A stretch of DNA of 64,000 nucleotides from Lama glama (Eukaryota). The stretch lies in contig CM052816.1 of NCBI GenBank assembly GCA_028534125.1, positions 87,794,001-87,858,000 of the forward strand. Reading direction: 5' to 3'. Of the stretch, positions 51,169-64,000 are shown in pieces (within the stretch, counting starts at the first letter, position 1; every line of letters starts with the position of its first letter). The notes beneath the pieces were generated by a model. It had not been told where the DNA came from and searched no databases. It saw only the letters and a program-made list of their open reading frames with translations. The translations under genes were made by a program, and so were the position numbers.

Positions 51169-53899
51169 ATTATGGAATCCAAGGAAATCCTCTTACTGCA
51201 CACAAAAATCTAAAATTACCCAGAGAGTCATAATTAAGTAGAACTTACACATAACCCTCTGTACCATCCAGGATTCATTTAGTTGAATATTGAGCATTGT
51301 ACCCACTCAACTAAACATACAAACTAAACATTCAAACATGTGCTAAACTGCACATAGGGAATAATAGCTGGGTTGTAGTAAATAAACTGAGCATGGTTCC
51401 CTAGAAAACCCACTCACCATTATCTTGATAGCAGTCTTTCTCAGAATTTAACATTATAAAGAAAAGCAAACCCAAATTAATTTATAAATAATGTCTTTTA
51501 TATTTTCATATTGTATTGTATACTTTATATAAAGTATTAGTTTATATTATAAATCATATTAATTTCATATTTATTTTTATTATACAAAATGTGTATTTGG
51601 AAACATACATTGGCATTCATATTATCAAATCTAAGCCTCTTTCTGAATTACCATAAAAAATAGTATCAGAACACCGAGTGGAATATTAATAAAACCTAAT
51701 ATTGTTTACCATCCTTTGAGCTGTAGGTAAAAGGCACCAAAACAACCAGACTTAAATGACAGAAGGAGAATGTTATCATAAGGATATAGGAATTTGTCAT
51801 GGGACCAAATAGCAGGAATATGGTTATGTGTCTAAAAGCTGGAACAAAGAGCTAGAGGCAGAACCAGACTCTTTGTTTTGCGTGTTCACTGCTGCCTGTA
51901 CCTTTACTTCATATTGTCTCATAGTGAATTGGCTTCATTTGTCCTCTGATCTACACAGTGAGTACAATGGAAGAGGCCCTCCGGGACCAGTACAGGGCCT
52001 CTTCCATTGTAATGCTTGTTCAACTTATAGAGTCTCCTTGGAGGTCCAACCGGTTATCAAAACAAATTGGACTTTTTCCTTCAATGTCTACTGGGTCACC
52101 AAGGGACTTTCTAACTTAAAGGGACAGGAAAACAAAGTATCCAACACACACTTCATTGTGTCACAAACATTCTCAGTATCACCAAATCCAAATATATATA
52201 AACAGTGGTTTTGTTAGAATTGATGCAAATTATCTTTATTTTCAAACAACCAAATTCAGTCAAATATATACTCATATCAGTTCAAGTATTGAAGTTAACC
52301 CTCACTGCAAATCAGTGAATCGCCGCTCCATGTAAGTGCAGAAAAAGAAAAAAAAGAGAAACAAGTGTGATTTATTTGTTGAAAATGCTGTGTAGACAAA
52401 CTTCTTCCTGTGAGAAGATTTCTGTTATATTCATCATTCTTGACATTTTGGTTCACGTTTCCCTTATATTTTACAAAACAAGGATATTACTTTTGTTCCT
52501 CACCTTGACCATTTAACATTATTGCAGAAGATGAAACCTGCCCGTGCTTTTCCTTAGCCTTGTGTGGCTAGAATTTCATTTTATACTTTTAGGTTTATAT
52601 AGCAGAAGTGCTACAAGGTAAAGAATGGGCCGTCTGCTTTAGGTGCCGGTCAAGATGGATGGCTTGTCTTTGATGATATATGTTTTTTCAAGCCAATTGA
52701 GTGCCTGATTAATTGAAGAGGGAAAATTATTGCAAAAATTTCTAGCATGCCATTTATTCTCTTTCTGTTTTACGTGACTTGCCTTTGTGAGAGTTATATT
52801 TTTGATGTAATTTCTACCTGTATTGTTTTGGCCAGAACATTACATCTAAGACAGACATTTAGATTCTACAGAAATTGGGAGGCAAGGCTTACAATAAAAT
52901 GCAGGAAGAAATCACTTAGGCTATCAGAAATAAGTAACTATTGATATATATTACAAATCAAACTAAAAATATTTATACTGTCAATATGATATAAAGCCAC
53001 TTATTGCTGTTACATAACAGTTGATAAATATAATTATAAAGGTTAAGATAAACATATAAAGATGATTCCAAGTAGAATGTTATATGCATGTATCCCAGGC
53101 ATGCCCACACAGGTACCCAACGTCATCTCCATGAGGACTGTCCATCTTCTTCTTTGCTTCGTCCTCAGAGCCTAGAATAAACCCTCAGACATTAATCAAT
53201 AATTGACTTTGATACTAAAATTAAGATTTTTAAAAAATGAAATTCTCCCTCTAATTGAGTTTGATACGGGGTTTATATAATTTCATATAATAATACTTTG
53301 TTCATCCAACACGTATTCAGTGGGCATCATTTAAGTGTTCAGCAAAAGACAAGTACTTTTATTGTTAATTCTCATAGTACTCGGAAATCATTATTGATTT
53401 CCACTCTTTTATATGAGGGAACAAGGCTCAGCATATCTCTTCCAAAGCTTCAGTGAATTCATCAATTATTTGCAAAGAATTGTGTACTCAAATTATTGAG
53501 AAAATGCATGTTTAGACCCCGTACAATGTAGCGATTCATAGACATGAAATTCTGAGGTTAAGTTAGAAACGAAGAACAAATATACACCACTTACACATCT
53601 TTAATCATTTCGTAAGCTTTAGGAAAAACTGTTACTCACATAACCATGACCAAAGGTTTTTATACAGGAAAAGTAATTTAATTTTATTTTTTTGAAACAA
53701 TGACAATGTTGAGTATAAAATACACATAATTTTCCTCCATTATTATTCAAATAGAGAAATGTTTATCCACTTAAAAAGTAGTCTCCTCTGCCTCTCCTTT
53801 CTCCCATTTTGAGGGAGGACTAATTGGCATTTTGATGGCTTTATTCCATGACTTTGTAAGATATTTCTCAATGCATGCTGTTTCAGCCTCAGCAGCAGG

Positions 53900-54090
53900 C
53901 TTAAAATTTAACAATTCATTTTTTTTTCTTTGCTTAGCTTTAATTGTATTTTTTTCATTTCCCCTTTCTTTTTTTTTTCCTCTTTTGCCTTTATTCTTTT
54001 CGTCTTATTTTTCTCTCCCCTTTTCCTTCTCTTTCCTCTGGTTTTTAATTTTTTTTTCATCCATCCCTTGTTTATTTCTTATCTATTTTT
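53900..54090. repeat. T/C-rich low-complexity tract
   Basis: Pyrimidine tract; explains the Phe/Leu-rich ORF 53832..54134. Confidence 0.85.
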
Positions 54091-54129
54091 TACTACTTAA
54101 GCAAATCTTTAAATTGAATCTGCTTAAAT

Positions 54130-54672
54130 CGTGACAGGCAGACTCCAAGATGTCTCTTAATCAGTCACCCTTCCTGAAACTCACACCTTTTGTAGAATTC
54201 TCTCCCTGCAAATGTGGACTTGGTAAGGACTTGTTCCTAACCAATAAGCTATGGCAAACATTTTGAAATGTAATTTCCATGATTAGATTACAAAATAGTG
54301 TGACTTATACTTGCTAGCAGACCCTCTGTACTGCCTATTCGGTTTTCATACATTGATTAAGCAAGCTGCCATGCTGCAGGGGCCCACATGGCAAGGAAAG
54401 GATGGTGGCCTTTAGCTAACAGCAGGTGGAAGCTGGGCTCCTCAGTCCCATATCCCTGGAGAAACTGGATTGTGCTATAAGGCTTGCCATGTGGATCCAC
54501 ACCCAATTCAGTCTAAAAATGAGACTTCACTGTTTAATGATAGCGTATAAGAGGACCCAGATAATCTGTGCTTAGATTCCCCACCCAAAGAACTGTGAGC
54601 TAGTAAGTATCTATTGTTTTATCTCTAGTTTTGCAGCAATTTTTAGACAGCAACAAATAATAAATATATACA
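54130..54672 (+). mobile_element. MaLR solo LTR (MLT1F-like)
   Basis: caggcagactccaagatg...ctaaccaata...atggcaaa...aagcaagctgccatg...ggcccacatggcaagga...gaggacccag...gaactgtgag...cagcaacaaataataaata. Confidence 0.85.
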
Positions 54673-55278
54673 ATTTTTCTGTGCTCCTTGCTTCACTTTT
54701 TCTCATATCATTTTTTTAAAAGATAAACAGTCCTTCAAAGACACATTTAAAGTTTGTCTGATAGAGGCAGAGAGAGGATGTTCATGCTGTCATGTTCAAG
54801 GTTTAAAGTTTTAGTTTCGTTGTATTCACATCAGCTTGTGCGTCAACTTTGTGACCAAAAAACATGAAGTCAGTAATTCAGTTTATATATTCCATTTACA
54901 AAAGTAATAATCACTTTTATTTATTTTATTTAATTATTTTAGTTTATTTATAATGGCAGAATATCGTGGTTTACATAGAGTTGACAATGAATGATGTGTG
55001 CACCACAACCAATTTCAGTTCCTTTCTTCATTCAGGTGGAATGTGGCTTTAGTCCCAATATTATAATCCACCTAAATTAAATGTGTATTATTGTTGTTGA
55101 CACAAATGATTTTACCTCTCAGGTTGAATTTTTACAAATTGATTTTCCAGTAATACCAGATAGGTTTACAGTGTCATTTTGGATTTTGAATTCTTCTCTT
55201 TGGTACCATGTTCTGAATGAAAATATTGCACTCTTATTGAAATTAGCAATTTTAAAAACAATTGAAGTGTAAAACAAC

Positions 55279-55375
55279 CAGGCCTGGGACTAATGTGAGG
55301 CAAATGAGATGTTTAGGGCACATCGAAGGAGACACCCTAAGGGCCACACACAGTGTTGACTCTGCATTTGCACAC
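55279..55375. mobile_element. hAT-Tip100 terminal remnant (MER91/Zaphod-like)
   Basis: caggcctgggactaatgtgaggcaaatgag...agggcaca resembles the recalled MER91-type end. Confidence 0.4.
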
Positions 55376-58300
55376 TTAACTGGGATGATCTTTTTCCATC
55401 GTAGAGTCAATAATTAACTACCATTGCTTAACTATTTGTACGTGTATCCGAAGTTGTGAAATAAAAAAGAGTGCATTTAATTTAGAAGAAGTGTTTATTT
55501 GATAAAATATAGACTTTCTCACAAAGCAAGATATAAATACATCTTTTGTGGATGCACTTTTTAAATGTAGTCTTGGGGCATAATCTCCTTCAAAATAACC
55601 AGTAACTTTTAAGTAGGTGTTAATGCCTCTTCCACAAATGTTTGTCTTCCATTTCCATGTTATACTGTTATCAAACTCATGGCACATATTGGAGAAATAT
55701 TTTGTGAAGTTTTGTACTCATCACCACCTTTTGTAATAAATAGAAATTGAATACTTAATTTTTCACTGAACATGCACATGCTTAACTTATTAATGGAAAA
55801 TGGTTTATTATAATTTTTAAAATGTGTAATCAAGCAATAAAACACATCATTTCACACTTTTCCAACTGACCACTCCAATGGGAAATTTGGCTGCTTAATT
55901 TTTCTGGAAATTGCTGCATGGGCTGCAGGATCACTGTCTACAGGAGCATCAGACACCTGCTTACCATCATTGGAGACAGAGAGAATACCTATCCAGGTGT
56001 ACTTTGTTTTATCAGCATGTGTCCTCCGTGGTGTCCTTTAAAGCACAGGGCATTTAGGAAGGGTCAGGAAAAACATGTGGGTTAGCATTGGTCACCATTC
56101 ACATTTAGCCATATGTTAAGGTGAGAACTGTTCTCGGTGTGTCTCAGAGGCCCCTAGACAAGCCCATGCAGAACCTAGAAGCACAAAGTTCACTCAGTCA
56201 AAGAAAATGCGAACCATTCTAGACTGTTTAATTGCAATTATTAATAATCCTGTGTTTAAAAACTCAGTTCATGTTTGCTGAACCAGACAGGACACCATGA
56301 CAAAAGGCAGACACAAAGATAGCCCAGTCACACAAAAGGTAGTTTATGATGTTCATGAAAATCCATCAAGTAATCAGTTGTAGAGCTAAGAATTAAACAT
56401 TGCTTTAAACATACCAGAATTTGACACATTATAACTGACAAATTATAACTTCAATTTAAAAAAAAATTGAACTTAGGTATCTAGGTCCAGAACCCACATT
56501 ATTTTTCTCATTATGCCATTTCATAATAAATTGAATACTATTTAGCAGATGAAAGTTTACTACTTACTAGCTTTCTTTAACTGTAACCTCCTTTTCTATA
56601 ACATCATGTTTTCATAGCGTTTCATTGATATGCATTTAAAATGATCATATACAGTATATGTAATAAGATATAATGTATTCTGCGACTATTTGTTTCATGA
56701 TGAAATGTATATTAATTAAAATGATGCCTTTTAGGAATTAGAAAAAAACTATTCTTAATCACCTCAATATAATGAAATAAATCATAGTAAGTCACTGTTC
56801 AAATTAAGTTGGCTCTCATTGGTTCATATGAAATTAATAAAAATTAATTTTAAAAAGCTAAAACTATTAAAAATAACCTTCTAAGTGAAATTTTATAGCA
56901 TCAGAGATGACCATACCATTTCATCAAGGCATAATCTCTACTAACCTAAGCCTGTTGAAAGTAATATGTGAAACCAGCATATCACATAGCAATCCTGGAG
57001 CCTAAACTACCCACTAAGCCCCACTTATACTCCTTCTCCAGTTTATATTACTTTGTAGGTATTTCCAAATTTGAGTTGGGATGCCAGAATTTCTATGGGT
57101 GGTGAAATGTATGATTTTTAAGTACAGATAAATATTTATACATATTTTAAATGCATAAATATTTGTCTGTAAGTATGGATATAATATATATCACATCCAT
57201 ATATGTGATTACTTTTTTTGCTAGACATTTTACATAACAAAGGTTTGGGAACTTGGAAGTGAAACTATTTGGATAGATTTTTCTGTAACTTGTAATTTTT
57301 AGCATCAAAGACCTTGTAAACTCATCTACACAGACTTGAACAATATTTGTACATTTATGTTGCTGTATTGGCTTCTTCTGGTCTCTTTAAATAATGACTT
57401 CTACAGCTACCCTCTGCTCTTTGGAAAGCAAAAGTATTTACTCTTCAAAAGTGGGGCAGGAAAATACACATCTCGAGAGTGGGCTATATGTTAAATAATC
57501 CATCCAGAATTATATATACTAAGATTAAAGCTGCAAGGAATTTAGATATCATTGAGTGATAGTATGTATATTATATTTAAGAAAAAATATATTCTACATA
57601 AGTGAATTTTCAGATAACATGAATTTACCCTTTCAAGTGCCAAAATCTGATTAAAGCAAACATGGTTAGAATGATTCCTAAAATGCTCTACCCTACCCTA
57701 CTTCTCTTTCAGCAGAGTCAGGTGATTTGTGTCTTGTCATTTGTGTAACTCAGCGTTTCCCAAGGAGGGAGAGTTAGATACTCATTTGAACACTGTCTAC
57801 ATTGTCTCATTTATTTGATTCATTTCCCCATCCTTCTGGCTGACACAGGTTCAGTAGCTAGGCCAGGTGGTAGAGCCAACAAATCTTCAGCAGAATGTGA
57901 AGTGTTGGCAAAACCAACAAGGCTCAAATCTTAAATGTCATAGCAGTATTTTCATCACCCTTATTTGCTTTATTCAATTAAATGAGAAGGAACTTGGCTT
58001 GTGCATTACTGGTTTCTGTGATCATTGATTTTATTTTTAGTTACAATACATAAACTATCCTCTGCTCTTAGTAAGGACTATTGTAGTGTTCTATCATTTG
58101 CTACTTGGCAATTAATTTAATAAATAGTCTTGACTCATCTGTTTATAAGTGAATAACTCATTTTCCAGAGTTTAATCTTCAAATTCCCACATTCTAATCT
58201 TTAGAAGAAGTATACTCTCTATTTCTGCAAGGTTATTCCTGTAAGTTTTAATATCCAGCTAAACTGGTGTGCTGCTCACTCATGTCCAGAATAAGGGAGG

Positions 58301-58809
58301 GGATTCCCATCGTGCATCAACCTTAGTTGGATATTTTATCAGAGCATCTGTCTGTCATGAAAGTCACTGGCCAAGGCAGATTAATGCCAGGGGTCTTGGA
58401 GAACCTCTGGGCAGAATAGCCTGTCCTGTCCTAGCCACCCCACCTTCCCAGGATACGCTCAGTGTTGCAAGATTCTACCAAGCTAGCCAGGACTTCTCTA
58501 GTAGGACAGGTGGTAGAAAGTGCTGGGATCTGTCGTCTGAGTGGTTGGTGACAGCAGAGACACAAGCTCAGCTGGAGTCAGCCTGCCTGCCACTGAGAGT
58601 GTTCTTGGTAGAGGAATACAGGTTATCATTACAGGGAAGCAGAACCGTGTTTGGAAGAGCTGTCTGGCAATGTTCAGTGGCTACGGTTGGGAAGCAGATT
58701 TCAATGTCTGTGGTCCAAGTGGTAGTTATTGGAATCAGTCTGCTACTTCAGCAGGCAGGATAAGAATTAAGGTTAAGGGAGATAGAGACCTGAGTAAGGT
58801 TATAAACAT

Positions 58810-59030
58810 TGACTTCTTGAGTTGAAATTGTGGCTGTGTAAGTTAGCTGCCCAATCTTGGGCAAGTGAATTTTTATCTTTGCCTCCTTTTCCTCATCTAT
58901 AAGTGGGCATAATATTTGTAACCCAACTCATAGGATTATTGTGAGACAAATGAGTTATTGAAATAAAGTATTGCCACAGTGTCTCAGACATAGCAATTTC
59001 TAAATAAATATAATTATCATTGTTATTGTT
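58810..59030 (+). mobile_element. MIR SINE, near full length
   Basis: tcttgggcaagt...gcctccttttcctcatctataa...ggcataat...ctcataggattattgtgag...acatagcaa...aataaatataattatcatt. Confidence 0.85.
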
Positions 59031-62000
59031 TGCTCAGATGCAGCACTTGCAGTGTTGATATTCACTTGCAGAATAAATGATTATTTCTGCTCTAGTGAAT
59101 GGTTCTTTCCGTTCACATCACCTACATGATGCATGTCTGATTATAAATCTTCCTTCAAGAGCACGCTTGTAACTAGTGGATGTGCTATTGCTTCTTTTGA
59201 TACCAACATTTGTTTATGCCAAATCAGATACACCATTATGCATAATAATAGTTCAAGACATTTTGAGCTGATAAATATATCTCATGGCTTTTTTTTTTAA
59301 CTATTTTTTTCTCCCACACTTTAAACCTTTATTCTTATTTAAATTTACATTATGAAATTTCTTTTATCAACTATCCTCAGAATTTTTCCATTAGTGCCCT
59401 ATTGTCCAAAGATTCTACTTAAACTTTATAGGATGAAGGGAAACACTCAAATGGCTGTCAGAAAGCACAATGTTGCCTTTTGGAAATAATTCAGTTTCAG
59501 AACACTGAAAGCTTAATACAACCTCAGCCTAAATGATTTCATGATTAAAAAGAAGGGATGCGGTCCAAACTTTACACAATTCCAAGAATAGTTATCACAT
59601 TGAAGATCTGAAAAATAATATGTTCCTTTTACACTTCTCCATATTTCATTATGACGCATGTTCATTTTGGGTACCGAATACATTTCCTATGCAGGATTCT
59701 TCTTTATCATGGCGCCAAGAACCAAGTGGGCAAAGAACCAGAGGTAGAGATTTCTCTTCATCTAAATTGACCTTTCCATATCTTCAAAATAACTCCTATT
59801 AAAAAGCACATCTTCTTTTTTTTTTTTAACCAGCCTCAGGAAATCTGATATATATAGTCTTTTCTATAACTTTAACAGAAACCACACAGTGAAAGGGCTC
59901 TCAACATGACTGTTCAGTTACTCAACAACATGAATGAGTTTAGGCTGAGTTTTAGTTTTTAAATTATTGAAATTATTGAAATAAAAGAATAAAAACTAAT
60001 GATTTAAGCAGCTTACATTAGAAACATTTTCAGACCCCGATTCCAAATCTTCTGACACATTTTAAATCTGTTAATGCAGACCCCAATATTCAAGTTCCAC
60101 GATTAAAAACTAATTGTAAATACTGCTCTTCTCAAGGCTAAAGTATGTTTTGTAGTTTTTACATTTCTGTAACACAATTGGCTTACTAGAAAATAAAATA
60201 TGAGTAAATTCTTAGTTTGTGTTTTTAAAACGTAGATGTATTCAAGGAAGAGCTTTATGATGAGATACTGCAGCATATTAGGACTCAGAAAATGGTGCAG
60301 TTTTCATAATGTCTAATTTTACTCTTTACTGAATTAAAATAAAAATGATTCTTAAGGGATCCCTTCATATTGGATCTCATGCAATGCACTGTAAAATCTA
60401 AGTCTGGCCATTTGTTTTGATTAAATCTTATTTTCAATAACCACCTGAAATTTATCTCAAGAAATGAAAATCATAAATGCATATAACTTTAAAGTCTCAC
60501 TACCGAGTTTTATTCTAATTTATCAGGTAAATTCACTTCTGGGAAGTGGGATGATAAAATTTACCTCCAGGCTAAAGGAGTATTAGAGTATTCCGTGTAA
60601 TAAATCTTACAGATCTATCTAAGCTTTTGTGTGCATTACTGCTTCTATAGTAGTACAGAATATGTAACATGAAACAAAGATGAATAAAGATGTTTGTGTG
60701 CCTGAGTTACTGAAAATGGTAATACAAAAATAGTAAAAATAATACACATAAACATACTTCTGATTAATATATTTCTTTGTCATAAAATCTATCCATTTAA
60801 AAACATTTTATTCCAAGTCCAAACTCTAACAAAACAGAATTGTGCCAGAATTTCAGTCAGCATTTGTTGTCCAATAAATCCTATAATTAACTTAAGGGGT
60901 AGTTCTAAACAGTAAGAGATAAAGATAATATGTGGTAAATCCTTTTTTAATTGGATAAGAATTTCTATGAAATAGAATTATAAAATTATAATATTTATTT
61001 TGTTTTAGCTTGTATTGTTAAAATTACCATGGAAATATTCAAATAGATTTCCTTTTACTCTTTTCATGTAAAATCCCATGTACTTATCTTAAAATATGTA
61101 CTTTAATAGAAAATATATGACATATACTTAGCACAATACTTGGCACATTGTAAAAACTAGATAACTGCTCACTGTCTTTGTTAGGTACACGTACCTAATG
61201 AAGAAACTGGCGTAACAACGTCTCAATAAATATTAACTACTATTATCTTTTCCTTGTTAAGGCCCTGCATATTTATAACTATGGCTATGAAAAAAAAAGT
61301 TTACTTATAAATTAAAAGTCCCAAGTAAATTATTTTTGATGCATATTTCTTATTATTCCACTTTAGTGCTATGATTTTGTGCAGCTTAAATCAAGAAAAA
61401 CAGAAGGCTTCACTGAAATAGATTTCTATTGCCTCACCTTTAAGTTCTGATTTTGAGTGGAAGGAAGATTTAAGAGTAGGTAAAGCAGGGATGAGGAAAC
61501 AGGCTAATCAGTCTTCCCATGTTGCTCATAAAAACCAAAGTAAGGCAATGCATTTTGGAGACTTTCCTGGCACAACCTGAGAAGTGAAGGTAAACAATTA
61601 ATTCTATCCATGCAACTTCTTTTTGGGGCAGTAAATGCAGAGAAAAAGTGCTAGAAATCTCCATTGATCAAGTACAAATATACAAGCTGCATCGTAGTGA
61701 TGCTAAAGCTTAGTTAGTGAGATTGTACGTATACAGCTTCCAGAACTATAAGGGGTACTATACGTATCACCCTGTGTGAGGAGGCAGATCACCCTGACTT
61801 CATTGACTGCTTGAGATGTTCACGTGACATGAGAAATGTAAAAATATTTTGTAGTCTATAAAAATTCAGGTAACATAGACTTGAACCACCTAGTCAATTG
61901 TTAAAAAATACGCATTTTCTTTGTAAAATTCAGAGTACTTTTTTCTAATTTTTGATAAGAAGAGTGTCAGTGAGGGTAAGGATGTTTTCAAGGCCAGAAA

Positions 62001-62251
62001 CTCGGAAGTTTACCCAGACTGTTCTTTACAGCTTTGCTATAGGGAGGAATTCTTAAAACAGCAGAAAGTTTAAACTCTCAGTGAAAAGGGAAAAAAGAGA
62101 GATACATTTGAACACATTAAAAGAATGATGTAGAATGAAGATTTAAATTATAAATTCCTCAATGCAAGAGAACACCATAAACAAATTTAAAAGTCAAGTC
62201 ATCTAGACATGGCTTCATTATGAATAATTTCTCCAGTTTCATTTAGATAAT

Positions 62252-62660
62252 TATATTAGTTTGCTAGAGCTTCCATAACAAAAAAAAAACACAGACTAGG
62301 TGGCTTAAACAAAATGTTTTTCTCACTATTCTGGAGGCTAGAAGTCCAACGTCAAGGTGTGGGCAGGTTTTGTTTCTTCTGAGACCTCTCTCCTTGGCTT
62401 GCAGGTGGCCGCCATCTTGCTGTGCACTCACATGGTATTTTCTCTGTATGTGCATTCCTGTATCTCTGTGCATACCTGAATTTCCTCTTCATACAAAGAC
62501 ACCAATCACATTGAATTATGGCCCACCCCAAGGATCTCATTTTAAATTAATTACCTCTTTCAGCACCCCATCTCCAAGTGTGATCACATCCAGAGGTATT
62601 GGGGTTTAGGGCTTCAACATATGAATTTAGGGGAAGAGGGTCACAATTCAATCTAAAACA
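62252..62660 (-). mobile_element. MaLR solo LTR (MLT1B-like)
   Basis: tattagtttgctagagc...ttctggaggctagaagtccaa...ctctctccttggcttgcag...gggcttcaacatatgaattt...cacaattcaatctaaaaca; 5-bp TSD ataat/gtaat (4 of 5). Confidence 0.9.
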
Positions 62661-62830
62661 GTAATACAAAATGATTCAGAACATAAAAGTACATTTTATT
62701 TCAAAGTTTAAGATAAACACATTGAAAAAAGTCAATCCTGTTAAGTGAGAGAATCATCTAAATAGGGTCTAAAACACTCAATCATATTTTCAGTTCACTT
62801 AAACCAAATAAAATTAGTACAAATTCAGTA

Positions 62831-63166
62831 TGTTGACCTTACAAAATCAAAAGAGCTAGGTATTTCCCCAGCAAAATTAGTTTACTTGGGAGGAGCAGAG
62901 AAATTGCAATTTGGGACATGCCAGCTGTAGTGAACTACAGGCAGGTCTGAGGAGACAAAGGGAAGGTCAGCCTTTATTAAGTTTTTGGAGGAGATCAGTA
63001 TCACTGAGGTGATTCTTCATTGGCTGCAGGTGGCTGCAGGCTTTGGGCAGCTTGTTGATGGGTCAGAAGGAAATCTTTCTTTCTGCTGGGATCACTAAGT
63101 AGGGTGAGCGATGCATATGTGAGAGCTTGCCAACTCCATTTTGAATAAAGTTTCCTTCATTTCACA
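62831..63166 (-). mobile_element. old ERV1 solo LTR (MER90/MER110-like)
   Basis: TGT...ACA ends; flanks agta/agtg (3 of 4); minus strand begins tgtgaaatgaaggaaactttattcaaaatggagttgg. Confidence 0.6.
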
Positions 63167-64000
63167 AGTGCCACAGTACGACTACTGGGTGTTGGGAAGT
63201 AGGAGGAAATACTTCAAATACATCAGCTTGTTGCTGATGCCCAGTGAGTAAAAGTTCAGACTGCTCCTCAGACCACACGCAGGTGTGTGAACTGAACATC
63301 CCGTCCCTAGAGACTGGCGTCTGAAGTCACCCTGGGCTAGTGTGATTTTTCTCCTCCTTTCTACTACCAGGGCACTTTTCTGTCTTTTGTATTTGGCTAT
63401 GTCTACAATTGTCAATGTTATATTTATCTAGCATGTTCCAAGTGTTTTTAGCAAGATTTAGACTATCTGTACCAGCTTTGTCTTCCTTGGTGCCTCAAGT
63501 CTGATTTCTCTTTCCTTTCTTTCTCCTGTCAGTTGTTTAATATTGTTTTGTTTATTTTCTACGGTCAACTTGAATAGTATTGGGGCAAAAACAGATGTTT
63601 CATATCATAATTTGCTCCTTTAATTTTTCCAATACTTTCCATATGTTATCCAATATACTGATGGCCTTTGAATTAAAGAAGCTACTAGTAGAAGTCACAA
63701 CAACACCTTCTAGTTAATTAAAAATATGAGTTTTTTTCTCAAACTGAAAACATGATTTTGACTCTAAAAGTAATTTCCACTTATTAAGGACAACAAATTT
63801 GTGTTCCCAGGATAAAGAATGTACCATTCATACAGCAGAGAAGAAATAAAGTTCAAATGAAATTAAATTATTTTTCAAGCTTATGTTATCAGACATGAAA
63901 TATACTTGAAGCCAATCTATAACATTTCTTTAAATTTTAGTAACTGGAATGGGAAGATACATATTCAGTGGAAAGAGGACTTCTCATGCTATAGTTTTTA

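Noticed and set aside
52323..52333. 11-nt match (ccgctccatgt) to 7SK RNA as recalled
   Set aside because: Flanks do not extend the match.
58269..58763. Longest ORF in the window (164 aa)
   Set aside because: GTG start, no recognisable domain or clear splice boundaries; the GC-richer block may be an unrecognised old LTR. A BLASTP/Dfam search would settle it.

Overview
Mammalian, AT-rich, CpG-depleted non-coding DNA (gene desert or long intron). It is probably camelid, inferred from the L1 3'-tail types and from seeing no Alu, Bov-A/BovB, CHR, PRE-1, ERE or Can-SINE copies. I recognise no protein-coding gene, RNA gene, CRISPR array or prokaryotic feature. The supplied ORFs are L1 ORF2 remnants, LTR or microsatellite artefacts, or chance ORFs. 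The window holds several L1 fragments (mostly minus strand), old L2/L3/MIR copies, MaLR and ERVL solo LTRs, several ERV1-type solo LTRs with 4-bp target-site duplications (TSDs), two hAT-type remnants and many microsatellites. Points worth checking: four LTRs within about 2.9 kb (46.97-49.81 kb) including a back-to-back pair 14 bp apart; a young LTR with a duplicated GATA-bearing 51-bp terminus; an internally deleted L1 that keeps both ends; a minus-strand bias of L1/ERV1 copies that hints at a + strand host transcript; a few candidate non-coding exons; and some candidate enhancers. The sequence alone does not support a previously undescribed biological system. Repeat family names come from my recall of consensus sequences, not from a database search, and boundaries of old elements are approximate.
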